Shown: positions 25,801 through 37,942 of the stretch, piece after piece
How the letters are laid out: each line of letters begins with the position of its first letter
Position numbering within the stretch: the stretch's first letter is position 1
NCBI GenBank assembly: GCA_905178155.1
Contig: CAJINV010000006.1
Span: forward strand, 4,703,795-4,767,794
Direction: 5' to 3'
DNA from: Amoebophrya sp. A120
Lineage: Eukaryota > Protista > Dinoflagellata
Length of the DNA: 64,000 nucleotides
Notes under the pieces: model-generated
What the model was told of the DNA's origin: nothing
The model's database searches: none
Seen by the model: the letters and a program-made list of their open reading frames with translations, nothing else
Program-made: the position numbers and the translations under genes

Positions 25801-27743
25801 TTCATCACGGAGAACAGGTACGGATCGCAAAAGGTATCGTACTGTCATTCTAGTATCACTGCAGTTTGTGCATGGCAAATCTCCTTCCCGAACTAAATCT
25901 GCATGAGAAACGAGTAGATTAAGATTTTCCTTTTCCAGCTTGCTAAGCGAATAACTTGTGTTGCAATTACTACTAAGCGCGATCCTTTTGCCACCTATAC
26001 TAGTGGCTTCATGGCAATTTTGGAAAAACTCCTCCCATTCTTCGCCGAGCAGTTCGACCCGTCCGAGGAAATCGAAAAGCACCTCAGCCGGAGATTGGAA
26101 CGCCGTGAGCTCGATCTTCTCCGCGAGATGGCGCCGATGGTGATGCATTTTTGCAGCACCATCAACAAGGACCACCACGAAGGGAGAATAATCCACGGGG
26201 ACGAGTCCAAAAACTTCGCGGACCACCACCCCCAGGCCTACGCGACCCTGGTTTCTTTTCTCCCCAATCTGGCGAAACCGTTGCTAAACGTGAACGATTA
26301 TCCTGTGCAAAAGTATAATCGTACTCGTATTGCAGTCATGCAGCGCAAATCTTTTTCTTAAGGTAAATGCGCATTACAAATTTTATTTCTCATGCTGAGG
26401 AAATTTGTAAATAATGCATTGATACGAGTACGATACTTTTGCAGTTCATAGCGATTACGTGATGAAGTCGCAGATCGAGGGTTCCGGCGCGGTCATTGTC
26501 GGGGTTGAGTTGGTATGAACTGCAAAAGCATCGTAGTAGAATAAATTGAAATTGCATTACAAATTAGCCCAGCACTACAAATTAAATTTTGAATTTGTAA
26601 TGCTGGTTTGCCTTGAAAATTTGTAAATGCATAAATGCAATTACTACGAGAACGATACTTTTGCAGTGGATAGTTGGGGGACATTTTGGCGGAAGCGGTT
26701 AGGTACGCACTGTAAAAGTATCGTACTACTATAAATCGCAACACAAATTGGGTCAGCATTACATACAATTTGAGTCTGTAATGCTGATTGTCCTAACCAG
26801 CTAGATTTGTAATGCATAACTGCGATTACTACGAGCGCGATGCTTTTGCATAGGATATTAGGCAGTTGGTGCACAAAATTTTCGAGAATCACGGATTGAT
26901 TGACGAGGAAATTGATCCGTTGTTGCTGAAGAAGAAAATGACGAACAAATCGGCTAGCCAAGAGTTGGAGGAGGAATTTGGAATTGGGATGTTGAATACC
27001 AATGTCGGGGTGGAAAACGAAGGGGAGAGCTCCGCGAAATTTTCGAAAAAGTACTACGAAGAAATCACCAGAAAAGCGAAAAACCTCTCCGAGTTCATCA
27101 TCATGAGGAAGGTGAAGTGCCCGAGCTTCCTCTCCCCGGTCTTGATCCCGAAATTGAGCCAAATCATCTTGAGGAAGGATGCAATCGGGGAGCTGGGGAT
27201 TTTCAGTTGCTTCATCGGAGGCCGGAACGGACAGCTATCCAGGAAAAAACAACCATCCCCATCGATTTTATGCATCACAAACACAGGACTTCATACATGT
27301 TTTGCATGACAAATTGGATGGGGATGGTTGTTTTTTTGTGGATAGCAGTGCTTGAAAAACTACAGCTACGGTATCCTGATGAAAAACGTCCCCACACCAG
27401 AGTTGTCATGCAGATTTGCAATGACAAAGACATTTGTGATGCGCATACCCATGGTAGACATTTCCAATCGTGTTTTGGAATTTGTGATGCTGAGAACAGG
27501 ATAAGCAGATGGATCTGCGATGCGGCTGCACTTGCTACCTTGCACTACACTACGGAGTGCAACTTGTCATGCGCGACTCCCAAAACTCCTAGGCTTGCGT
27601 TGCAAAATCCCCATCTTGACTATGGGGTGGGTACATTTTTACACAGAATATACGGGCACTTGGTGCGGAGCAAGGGGGTGAAAACGGATCAGGGCGGGGT
27701 GTTTCTCGGACATGCGACGCTGGATGCGCCGGTTTTGGTTTGA
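22837..27743 (+). CDS. GSS: Glutathione synthetase, eukaryotic type (13 exons)
   Basis: Spliced motifs RNDFMID..LKQIELNTFAASFQG, VLFIADDDERNELDHR, EIVAVYYRSGYWPDHY, LEKSRAAKVPSVLGQLVGQKKIQQLL, YVMKSQIEGSG, GELGIFS and GHLVRSK..DQGGVFLGHATLDAP match eukaryotic GSS in the correct order. Confidence 0.92.
22905..23090. mobile_element. Introner family D
   Basis: DR cagga/ccgga. Confidence 0.88.
23503..23793. mobile_element. Introner family I (TATC..AAAAxCGTCCCCAC)
   Basis: DR actca/accca. Confidence 0.88.
23888..24139. mobile_element. Introner family B
   Basis: DR gagct/gacct. Confidence 0.88.
24553..24845. mobile_element. Introner family B, diverged (TAC start)
   Basis: DR agatg/agatg. Confidence 0.85.
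25083..25315. mobile_element. Introner family E
   Basis: DR ggaaa/ggaaa. Confidence 0.88.
25354..25502. mobile_element. Introner family A
   Basis: DR ctggc/ctggc. Confidence 0.92.
25818..26003. mobile_element. Degenerate family A introner now bounded by GT..AG
   Basis: aacag|GTacggatcgcaaaaggtatcgtact...cgatccttttgccacctatactAG|tggc. Confidence 0.75.
26299..26450. mobile_element. Introner family A
   Basis: DR acgat/gcgat. Confidence 0.9.
26514..26672. mobile_element. Introner family A
   Basis: DR gttgg/gttgg. Confidence 0.9.
26704..26857. mobile_element. Introner family A
   Basis: DR ttagg/ttagg. Confidence 0.9.
27236..27344. mobile_element. Introner family C
   Basis: DR acagc/gcagt. 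Confidence 0.85.
27372..27650. mobile_element. Introner family I
   Basis: DR tacgg/tacgg. Confidence 0.9.
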
Positions 27744-28385
27744 TGAGGCGTTTCATGAGCAACTAGAAATAGTTGAGGCAAATAAACCAGGTTTTGCTAT
27801 GAAGCTCAAGCTACTTCAACTATATGGATGTCGATGTTGTCGAATTTTGCTCCCTGACGTATCTCTGTCAGGCTGTACTAAAAAAATGGACGGACGCAAA
27901 AAACATCTCAAGAAGTGAAAAACACAGTGAATTTCTCGAAATATGGTGTGTTTCGGTTATGGTTTTTTTTGAAAAGCTTCTGCTTCTCGTACACCACTTT
28001 GCTTTTGCGTTTTCTTTGATTTTTTTCGTACACTACGAACGAGGTTGACTACAGAGCGATGGTTTTTTCTTGAAGAGCGACAAATCATCTACAACTTCAC
28101 CATCATCGTCTTTGTGAAGACTCACAAAGCATGTAATTTTCCGTTCCATACAAGCAAGCCACGAAACGTTTTTGGTTCCGTCGTTCCCTGTTATGGTTCA
28201 CGATCCTCGCAGAGATCCTAGCAAACCGCCCTTGTGGGCGCTTTGCTTCCAGACGTGCGTAAGTAGTTCTCCTCGACGTCCCCCGTGTAAAGATAATCAT
28301 TTATCGTTGCAATTGCAAAAGAGGCGCAGGCGTTCGTACAAGAACTTCTGCGCTCCAAAATCTAACGAGACAACCCAAGAGCAAG

Positions 28386-29432
28386 ATGACAACTACCGTT
28401 TCTGACACAACTGCCGCTCCTCCGTCTGCTTCTCCACCGACGATAGAAGGAGACTCGTCCTCACCAAAAGCCAAAATCCTCGATGGCAAAGGTTGCGCGG
28501 CGCAAATAAGGTTGGAAATCAAACAGGAAGTGGAGGAGATTTTGGCGAAATCTTCCAAAACACCAGCACCACAACACCATCTTCCCCCCGGCCTCGCGGT
28601 CATTCTAGTTGGAGAACGACCGGACTCCGCCACCTACGTGCGGAACAAGACGAAAGCGTGTGTCGAATGCGGCTTCCACGTGGAGGACTTCAAATTGGAA
28701 GAGTCGACATCGGAACAGGAGCTATTGACTTTGATGGACAAGTTGAATTTTGACGAAACTTTTCACGGAATTCTAGTCCAACTCCCACTACCGAGCCACA
28801 TCAACGCACACAAAGTGTTGGAAAGAATACGAGTGGAGAAGGACGTGGACGGATTTTTAGCCTACAACCTGGGTTGTTTAGCCGCCCGGGACCGGCATCC
28901 ATCCGCGACGGCGTGCACGCCCGCTGGGGTTTTGGAGTTGTTGAAGCGGAATAACATTGAAATCGCCGGGAAAAAAGTGGTGATTCTAGGGAGGTCGAAC
29001 ATCGTCGGAATCCCATTGGCGTTACTCATGCTGCACAGCGACGCAACGGTGGTGATTTGCCACAGCAAAACGCCAGATTTGGAAACCGAGTGTAAGCAGG
29101 CGGACATCCTTTGTTGCGCCATGGGGAAAGCCGAGTTTATTGACCAGCAGAGCTTCATTAAGGAAAACGCGGTGGTGGTGGACATCGGAATAAATTCGAA
29201 AGACGCGCCGGAGTTGAAAAAGGGATATCGGCTGTGCGGGGATGTGAAATTTGACGAAATTGCGAAAGTTGCGTCTTTCATCACCCCGGTTCCGGGTGGG
29301 GTTGGGCCCATGACAATTGCGATGCTGTTGAAAAACACGCTGGAGTTGTGGAAGAGGTCGAGAATTGTGGAGGGTGTGATTGAGAATGAATGCGAAGTAG
29401 GACAGGATGAAATGCTGAAGAAGGCAGCATGA
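28386..29432 (+). CDS. folD: Bifunctional methylenetetrahydrofolate dehydrogenase/cyclohydrolase, intronless
   Basis: ILDGK, PGLAVILVGERPDSATYVRNK, HGILVQLPLP, KDVDGF, CTPAG, GRSNIVG, TPVPGGVGPMTIAMLLKNT. Confidence 0.97.
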   Translation: MTTTVSDTTAAPPSASPPTIEGDSSSPKAKILDGKGCAAQIRLEIKQEVEEILAKSSKTPAPQHHLPPGLAVILVGERPDSATYVRNKTKACVECGFHVEDFKLEESTSEQELLTLMDKLNFDETFHGILVQLPLPSHINAHKVLERIRVEKDVDGFLAYNLGCLAARDRHPSATACTPAGVLELLKRNNIEIAGKKVVILGRSNIVGIPLALLMLHSDATVVICHSKTPDLETECKQADILCCAMGKAEFIDQQSFIKENAVVVDIGINSKDAPELKKGYRLCGDVKFDEIAKVASFITPVPGGVGPMTIAMLLKNTLELWKRSRIVEGVIENECEVGQDEMLKKAA

Positions 29433-30190
29433 AAGTCATGTAATGTGTCACGTCTACCAACATGATTATCTGCAAGCAAGAAACATCATCAGTTTTTGCA
29501 ATAGAATCACATCACACCTTACTTCACAGCTTCATCTTGTACTTGTTTTCTGGTTGTTCGCCACCAATCTGTTTCAAATTGATGTCGATTCGGTAAAAGC
29601 CGGTGCCGGTCCGATGATAGATTCGCGTCGGTACAAGTAACAAGCTGTATTTACACCAGCTGATGAACTATTTGCACGTGGTATCAATATCTGTAGCGTA
29701 GGCGTCAGCTAATTGTGAACTGCAAAGTTAAAGAACTCGAACTTGTCTTGCATTTTTTGAAAGTGTTGAGCAACAGGTTATCAGCATTCTGCTGCTCCGC
29801 CTGCGATTTGAATTCCTTGAAAAAAGATGTCGGTTCGTACTCAACACCTTGCTGTCGTTCTTATCCATCGTAGTACTATTCGTGCGCAATCATCAGAGTC
29901 GTTCAGCTCACCAAAAACATCTGGCTACTCTCAGCTACTTTCAACATATTCGTGCTCGTAAATCATTGCAGCGGCCCTAAACAATACAACCCCTTACCTC
30001 GTCCCCAGTTTACTCTTTCATGATCAACATGTGCGCATTTTTTGTAATGCAGCTGCGCTAGCGCCGTCTTATTTTTCAAAATCCTTACCGTTACCCGATT
30101 ATCTTCGCATTCGCATTTGTTACGTCCTCATAACCAGAACTTGAAGTACTACCGTTGGTCCCCATAGACACAAAGAATAAAAAATCGAAG

Positions 30191-33100
30191 ATGTTTCTCC
30201 GTCGTCTCTTTAGTAAGCTGGGGGGGGACAAGAGCAAACCCCCACCAGCTGAAGACGAGGATTCCGACGTTGAGGAAGCTGCAGGACCACAAGATAACCA
30301 CCAGCAGCTTTCGATTTCTCTCCCGTCTGAACAACAAACCCCAAGCGACGTTCAACCATCTTCACCGAACTCGCAGTCCAGAGCGATTGTGACTGCCAGT
30401 TCCCCCTCCGCCATGTCCGTGCCCCAAAGCTACCTCCAGCAACTGCAATCTCCACAGCGCTCCAACAGCATGAAGGGGAATCTGGTCATCACCCAGCACG
30501 ACGAAGACTTAGATTCCGACGACCGAGAATTCAAACGGTTGTCCCAACGGAAGAGAAACAAGGTCGACCACAAGGGCCGGCCAGTTTTGTACTCCGATGT
30601 CCGCAGGTTCACGGAATACCGGCTCCACGACCGCGTTTCGGTTTTCAAGCGGCTCCAGCAAGCGAAAGCAGAGAATCTCTACAGTCGGGACATCGGGGGG
30701 AATGATGATATGTACGTGCCGAAATTGCACCGAATGCACAGTCAGATCGTGCTATCCACAGTAAATTTCCCGTACACGTAGACGTACAAATGGAAATGCT
30801 GTCTCTGCATGACAAAACTTGGCTCCGATCCTAGTTTAGCATGACAAGTGCTACACGCCGAATTGGCGAAATTTGTGATGCACTTTGTACATGTACGGGA
30901 AATTTGTATTGCATACGTGCACGGGAAGTGGGTGCCGGGGATCATCATCGAGGAAACGGATGGGAATATCCGGATAAAACTCGGTCGGACTGGGAAAAAC
31001 GACACCCGATGGATGCCGAGAAACTCCGCGAATATTCTCCCGAAGAAGCTGTTTATCGAGAAATTATTCGATAAAGAGATGAAAAAACTGAAAAAGGGAA
31101 AGTACTCTGCTGAAGCGGCAGAAGAAGCTTTACAGCGCATGTCCTACGCGGAACGGCTGATGCAGTCACAGCAAGTCACCGGCCGCTCCGGCACGAAAGA
31201 GTCAGTTTTGACGTTCACGGCGAACAAACAAAACGCCGCAGAGATGAAAGATGAGATGAGGAGATCGCTGTTGAATTCCAGCGACGGCTACGGTTTCCAC
31301 GCCCAGCACCTGCAGCAAATAACCGACTTGTTTGGGGAAAAGCTCTGGTATGCGGAGGATTATGTGGAGAAAATTAAGCCCGGGGATATGTCTGAGGACG
31401 AGGAGGATGAGGAAGAGGATGGTGGTCGTGCACTAGCGGAACAAAAGCCCGACGGGAGTGCAGCGGGCACGGGGAGTGGAGATATGCCCGGGACTGGGTC
31501 CGGGAAGCCAGGGACAGGGACGAGTGGAAAGCCAGGCACAGGATCCGGGAGTAGTCCGAGTAACAAAGACCAGGCGAAATCGAAAAGCACAGGTCTTGCG
31601 ATTAAAGACAAAAGTCCAGAAAAGAACTTCCAACTCGCCAACCTCCACGGGTTCGACCGACCAAAAGATGTTGATGGCGACCTCAGCTCCTACAACTCCG
31701 ACGAGGAGCAAACCATCTATGGCGCTCTCAACTGTTACATTCTCAACTGTTACATGAATTTGTGATGCAAGAATAGAACAGGTGAGACGGAGAACCATGC
31801 GCGTCTTGCATTACAGGTTTGATCCGGATTGCAGTGCTATTTAGCCTTCCGAGAATTTGTCATGCGAAGCAGCTTGATCGTCTGGCGGGTCATGGTCATT
31901 TTGCATGACAAATCATGTAACAGTTGAGAATGTAACGGTTGAGAACCCCATACCGTCCATTCCAACGGTTTGATTGTCGGGGACATGCAGTCTTTTTTCG
32001 TAAAAGTGTATCAAAGTGAAAAATGAAGCCCTCCCAATATTGAAACGGAAATTTCTGTTGCTGGATTTGTGTACACAAATCACCGCTGTATTGCAGCAAG
32101 CGCTTGCAGGCATTTCCTAGGACTGGTTAGGTATGCAAAAGGCTAGCACTCAGGCATGACAAACAGCTTTGCAGTAGGCAAAAGCGCATGACAGATTAGC
32201 TGTGGAACGAATGCGCCACACGGCTCCACTTGCCTCATATGCAAGACAAAGCTGATCTGTGGCCACAAATCAGCATCACAAATTTCATTGTGAGCATGGG
32301 AAGGAGGGATTTTTCCTTACGATAAAGTGAAATGCACGTTTTCCGGGAACATGGATGAATTAGCAACGCATGTGCAAGAATTCCGGAAAATGATCCGGAA
32401 CCGGGAGCGGGAAGAGCAGGCGAACCGGGAATCCACGGTCCGCCAGGGCCGGGTGAAATTTCGGAAGTTGAAGAAATTTCTCTTCCCCGAACCTCCGCCG
32501 CCGAGACGAGAGCCGCCGAAAATTGTGTTCGTCGAGGATTTGGTAGCCGATGTGTCGATATGCATTGCAAAATTGTCGTACTCGTATTGCAGTCATGCAT
32601 TACAAATCTTGTTCTTTAGGTAGATCCGCATTACAAACTTTATTTCCCATGCTGAGGAAATTTGTATATGCATTTAAATACGAGTACGATGCTTTTGCAG
32701 TTCATAGTCGAAGAAGGAGAATAAGCACGGCGGGTGGATAAAGCTGTTGACGAATTACTCCACGGCAGACCCGTACGAAACGTTTATGATCCGGCAGCCG
32801 GAAAAGATCAATGGGGTGGTGAGAGATGAATTCGCGATCGCGAATGTCATGATGAAAAACGCCGGATTGAAGATGTCGAATTCTAGGCCGGTCACGCCGA
32901 AAATGAAGGTCGTGAAAAGGAAAAGTAGTCGGGACAACATTTTGGAAGAGTCGCATGGCGTTCTTGGGGCGATAGAAAACGGGGAAAACAACTTGGCGCC
33001 GGTGGCGACAGAGGGTAGTACCGGAGGTGAACAGGTTCCATCTATCAAATGTAAAAATGTCTGGGTCTGGAAGAATCCAACTTGTCATGCTGGTTTTGGA

Positions 33101-36100
33101 TTCCAAAAAAAATTGTATTGCATGAGCAGCAAAGAGAGTCCAAGTTTTGCTACACGGAGAGAGCATTTGCCATGCGGTATAGGCATCAGGAAGCCCTCAC
33201 AAAATCTGTGATGCTAGAGCATGCATCACAGACATTAGGAGTCATGCAAAATGTGCATGACATCTTCCAGACCCAGGCATTTTTACATTTGATGCCATCC
33301 CCTGGTGAGCAACAACCACCTGGCGCAGAAGGCAGTGCGGACCAGCCTACTGCGGCTGGAGAAGAGCCAGCGACTGCACCGCAAGAGGGTGAAGCAGCGC
33401 AAAAGCAGGAGGGCGAAGGTGGGGAGGAACAAAATAAACCTCCGGCTGAGGGAGAAGTCAAACCGGAGGGAGAGCAAGTTCCTCCCGTAGAGGGAACTGA
33501 GCCAGCTGCTGCTGCTGCAACCGGTGATGGCGAGCAAAAACCAGTGACTCCGCCTGCAGCAGGCACAGCAGCGGCCGAGGGCGAGCAAGCAAAGCCAGAG
33601 GGTGACGGTGCCGCAGGAGCGGAAGGCGGCGATAGTCAATCACCAGCACCTGCAGGTGAAGGAGAACAGCCTGACACTGCAGCTGCGGAAGGCGAAGCAA
33701 CATCGCCTGCCGCTGCGACTGCAGGCGAGCAACCTGCTCCCACGACTATGAATTGCAAAAGCATTGTACTAGTAAGTATGAATTGCATTACAAATCTCCT
33801 CAGCATTAGAAATGGAATCTGTAATGCTGATTGACCTTGGGAAAAAGATTTGTAATGCACAACTGCAATTACGATACTTTTGGTTTTGCACTGGATAACG
33901 ACCGAGGATCAGCAACCTCCCGAAGACGACGAGTTCGCTCGATTAGTCGCGGAGGAGGAGGAGGAGGACGAAATGGATTTCGACGACGAAATCGCGAAGA
34001 ACATCAAGCGGTTGGCGGCAGAGCAGGAGTTAAAAAAGCAGGAAGCGGCGGCGAAGGAGGCGGAGAAGCAGCGAAAATTGGCCATGGAGGGCATGGAAAA
34101 CGAGATCAACGGGATTTATTACTTCTGTCTCGTGACCGGAGAAGCAAGCTGGATTCGGCCGAAAAAGTTCAACGACGTGCGCATTGTCCAGTTCACGAAG
34201 CGGTTTATTTGGGCGCTGCAGAATCCAGAAACGACGGAAGAAGTTTTCCGTTTGCGAACGTCGATCCGGGAAAAAGCCATGCCGCTGGACATCCGCCACG
34301 CAGAGACAATATCAAATGTAAAATGTCTGGGTCTGGAAGGGTTGGAACTTGTGATGCAAACTTTGGAACACACAGAAATTTGTGTTGCATGAGCGCCAAA
34401 AGCTGTCCATTTCTTGGCACGCAAGTAGGAAGTTTCTCATGCGGGACAGGCATCATGAGGCGTGATCAAAACCTGTGATGCTTTCGCCTGCATCAGACGC
34501 CACTTGCGTGATCCGAAATATGCATGACAAATCTCAGAATCTTCCAGAGGACCCAGACACTTTTACATTTGATAGACAACCGATATCATCCAGCGCCTCT
34601 ACGCCGGGCACTGCCCGATCGATATTCCGACTGGCGGAAAGTTGACGGTCGTCGGCGATGTGGAGGAGGGTGCGAAGTTGTTCGGTATGCCCTTAGACAA
34701 TTTGACGCAGAGGGCAGAAGCGTATGAGAAAAAACTTTCGCAGCAGAACAAATTCGGAACTACGATAGGTGCCAGGACGATGGGAGCTAGTACTTCTACA
34801 ACCGCTGTTGGCTTCAAACCTTACGGGGGTGTCAGGATTGAAATCGTCAAAGTCGAAATGATTTGTCATGCATAAAATGCGATACAAAAAGCGAGTCTAT
34901 TGCAGAGGACGCACGGGAGGTAGAGACTATAGTCCTGCGGTAAGGGTCAAAAGTTGAACGGCTGACTGGCATGACAGAAGGCAGCTCTTTTGCCCTAAAC
35001 CGCATGACAGACTCGCTTCCAGGACCGGGAAAATTTGTCATGCACCGACTACAAACTGTAGCTCTAACTGGTATCCGTTTTATGCATGACAAACTATTTC
35101 AACTTTGACAATTTCAAACCTGGCACTTCCATAAACCTCCAGGCGAAACTACATCAGAAGAGCAGATCACCTACAGACACAGATCGGTGAACGAATTGTC
35201 CCGGATGGTATGAACTGCAAGAGCATCGTACTAAGTAGTGATTGCAATACAAATTGCCTCAGCATTAGACATGGCATTTGTAATGCGGATTTACCTTTAG
35301 CATTTCCATTTGGATTTGTGATGCATAACTGCAATTAGTACGAGCAGTGCGATGCTTTTGCATTGCATAGATGGTCAAGACGAACGATTTTCACGGGATG
35401 AAAATGGAGCCGCACCAGTGGGTCCAGTCGACAATCCGCGAGGAAACTATGGATGTGTCAGAGTTGAAATCGACAAAGTTGCAATGATTTGTCATGCATA
35501 AAATGGATGCTAGTTGGAGCCCAGCTTTCAAGTGGCGCATGACAAATTTCGGCGGTCCCTAAATCCAGTTTGTCATGCTGTTTAGGCAAAGAAGAGCGAT
35601 TTTCTCGCGCTACTTTAGCAGCTCAAGCTGTCACCCCAAACAGGCCTACAGTCGGCCTCACTTGCCTGCTCTGCAACACACGCGCCTCGGGTCATGCATT
35701 TTATGCATTACAAATTATTTCAACTTTGACGATTTCAAACCTGACGCTTCCATAGAAACCCGGACGACGAAGATCATCTCCTTTCAAACGAGTTTGATGA
35801 GCAAAACCATGCCAAACAAGATGTTTTCATCGCATGACAGATCTTCAAAATCAGGCTCGGACCAAAACCTCTCTTCCATCCCAATCTACGGAAGGGGCCA
35901 CAACCTCCGCATGCTGAACGCGAGCCAAATCCCCGATCACAACAGCTCGCTATGCAGTGCAAAAGTATCGTGCTTGTAGTAAAAATCGCAGTCATGGTGC
36001 ATTAGCATTACAAATCTCCATCTCAAGGTAAATCAGCATGACAAATTTCATTTCTCATGCTGAGCTAATTTATCATGCGACTTATACTAGTTGACGATGC

Positions 36101-37942
36101 TTTTGCAATGCATACTATCGCACGGTGAACAAATTCGATTTCCGGATTGATACGGATATGAAGAAACAACAAAAGGAGTTGATGGCGAAGAACCCAGAAC
36201 GGCCGCAGAGAATAGTGTACGAAACGATGGAGGATGGAACCATTCGCAGAAAGCCTTTCGGCGAAGCGCCGTTGAAGAAATTTTTGAAATCGCAGACGAA
36301 GCACTTGCACAGATCTCTGTCCACGATTGGAGACGAAGACCATTTAGGGGCGACGTTGGAACAATCCATGCTGATGGGGAGCAAGGATGAGTTATTCCCG
36401 GGGGACGAGGAATTGAACAATTTGCTGAATTCGTCGATGTATCAAATGTAAAAGTGTCTGGGGCTGGAAGAATGCAACTTGTCATGCTGCATTTGGATTC
36501 CAGAAAAATCTGTATTGCATGAGTACCACAAGGAATGCAATTTTTGCTACGCGGAGAGGGCGTTTGTCATGCGGAATAGGCATCAAGAAGCTCTGAAAAA
36601 ATCTGTGATGCTAGGGCGTGCATCACAGACATCAGGGCCCATGCAAAACGTGCATGACAAGTGTCACAATGTTCAAGACCCAGACACTTTTACAGTTGAT
36701 ACGACGAATTTATCCAAACAGTCCTTCTTCTCCCAAAAATCGCGGGATTCTCTATCTCCCTCCCAGAAGTCCGCCGGTGTGATTTCCAATTTGGAAAAAA
36801 TGCGGGGGGCAAGCTCGGATGAGGGCGGGGTGAGTGATCCGTTCGGCATGTCCGGGTTGATGAACTTCGGGAATGAGACGACAGAAATGAACGACAAGAT
36901 GTATCAAAAAATCGCGGAGGCGGAGCGGGTCGCGAGGGAGAAGCAAAAACAGAAACAGCTAGAAGAGGAGAACAAGATGAACCAAACAGCATCGTCCGGT
37001 TTCGGCAAGTTCATTTCGAAAAGAAGGCAGTCGCGGTCCAAATCCGTAAGCAGATTAGGGTCGGAAGAAGGCGGCGAATTATTCGACAGCGCTTTGTTGG
37101 ACAGCCAAGAGTTGTTCGACGACGAGGATAATGATAAAACCTTCCTCTTCACATCGAAAGACGACATGGAGGCCTGTAACCTTCACGACAGACTCTACAT
37201 CCGGGGCGACAAATTTTCGAAGCCGACGGGTGAGATATCAAATGCAAAAATGTCTGGGTCTGGAAGGATGCAAGGTTTGTCATGCTTGTCTGGCATGACT
37301 GAAGAGCTTGTGATGCGTGTCCAAGAAGATACCGCTTTGCTTGTCATGCAAAACGCAGTTTGTCATGCGGAAAGCGCAAGACTAAGCCGCGCAAATTTTT
37401 CTCATGCTTGGCTGCGCATTACAAAGAATTGGAATTCACTATTCACAACTCAGCATTACAAGTTTCCAGACCCAGACATATTTGCATTGGACATGAGACG
37501 ACAAAAACGGATTTCTCCTACAAAAAAGTCGTGCGAAACTGGGGCTATATGGACGTTATGCATTGCAAAAGTATCGTAGTACTAGTATGAATTGCATTTT
37601 TACAAATTAGCTCAGCATCACAAATGCTAATGCAATTTGTAATGCTGTTTTGCCTTAGGAAAAAGATTTGTCTATGCATATGTTGCAATTACTACGAGTA
37701 CGATGCTTTTGCAGAGCATAGATATGAAGGAACAGGCGGAACTACCGCATTTCAAAGCGGGTTTGAAACAGATGACGGGGGTGAAGGAGGACGACCGGGT
37801 CCCGATCCAATCCTGGACGAAAACGTACGGGTTTCAGCGGATTGGGAGAGCAGTGACAGGGCAGCCACAGTTTCCCTTCATCATGACGGATTTGACGAGG
37901 AATCAGAGGTCAAAAGTGCTGTATCCGAGGTGTAATAGATAG
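30191..37942 (+). CDS. Large hypothetical protein (14 introners) with a WW-like segment, PGTGSGK repeats and a Pro/Glu/Ala-rich region
   Basis: Frame continuous across all 14 junctions. GIYYFCLVTGEASWIRP resembles the C-terminal half of a WW domain. Confidence 0.65.
30753..30915. mobile_element. Introner family G
   Basis: DR cgtgc/cgtgc. Confidence 0.9.
31718..31952. mobile_element. Introner family J (TATGGCG.TCTCAACTGTTACATTCTCAACTGTT)
   Basis: DR ccatc/ccgtc. Confidence 0.88.
32009..32324. mobile_element. Introner family F
   Basis: DR aagtg/aagtg. Confidence 0.88.
32559..32706. mobile_element. Introner family A
   Basis: DR gtcga/gtcga. Confidence 0.9.
33043..33294. mobile_element. Introner family B
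   Basis: DR ccatc/ccatc; ends gatg. Confidence 0.88.
33747..33897. mobile_element. Introner family A
   Basis: DR acgac/acgac. Confidence 0.9.
34310..34574. mobile_element. Introner family B
   Basis: DR gacaa/gacaa. Confidence 0.9.
34822..35133. mobile_element. Introner family K (TAYGG..GTGTCAG..TTGAAATCGxCAAAGT)
   Basis: DR aacct/aacct. Confidence 0.88.
35209..35369. mobile_element. Introner family A
   Basis: DR gatgg/gatgg. Confidence 0.9.
35448..35754. mobile_element. Introner family K
   Basis: DR gaaac/gaaac. Confidence 0.9.
35951..36114. mobile_element. Introner family A
   Basis: DR ctcgc/ctatc; frame restored. Confidence 0.82.
36440..36701. mobile_element. Introner family B (opposite orientation to 193-454)
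   Basis: DR cgatg/cgacg. Confidence 0.9.
37236..37493. mobile_element. Introner family B
   Basis: DR tgaga/tgaga; ends gaca. Confidence 0.88.
37557..37720. mobile_element. Introner family A
   Basis: DR gacgt/gatat. Confidence 0.85.

Noticed and set aside
22905-27650. CRISPR-like array (repeats separated by unique spacers)
   Set aside because: The 'spacers' are exons of glutathione synthetase, the repeats are TIR elements of 110-290 bp, and there are no cas genes.
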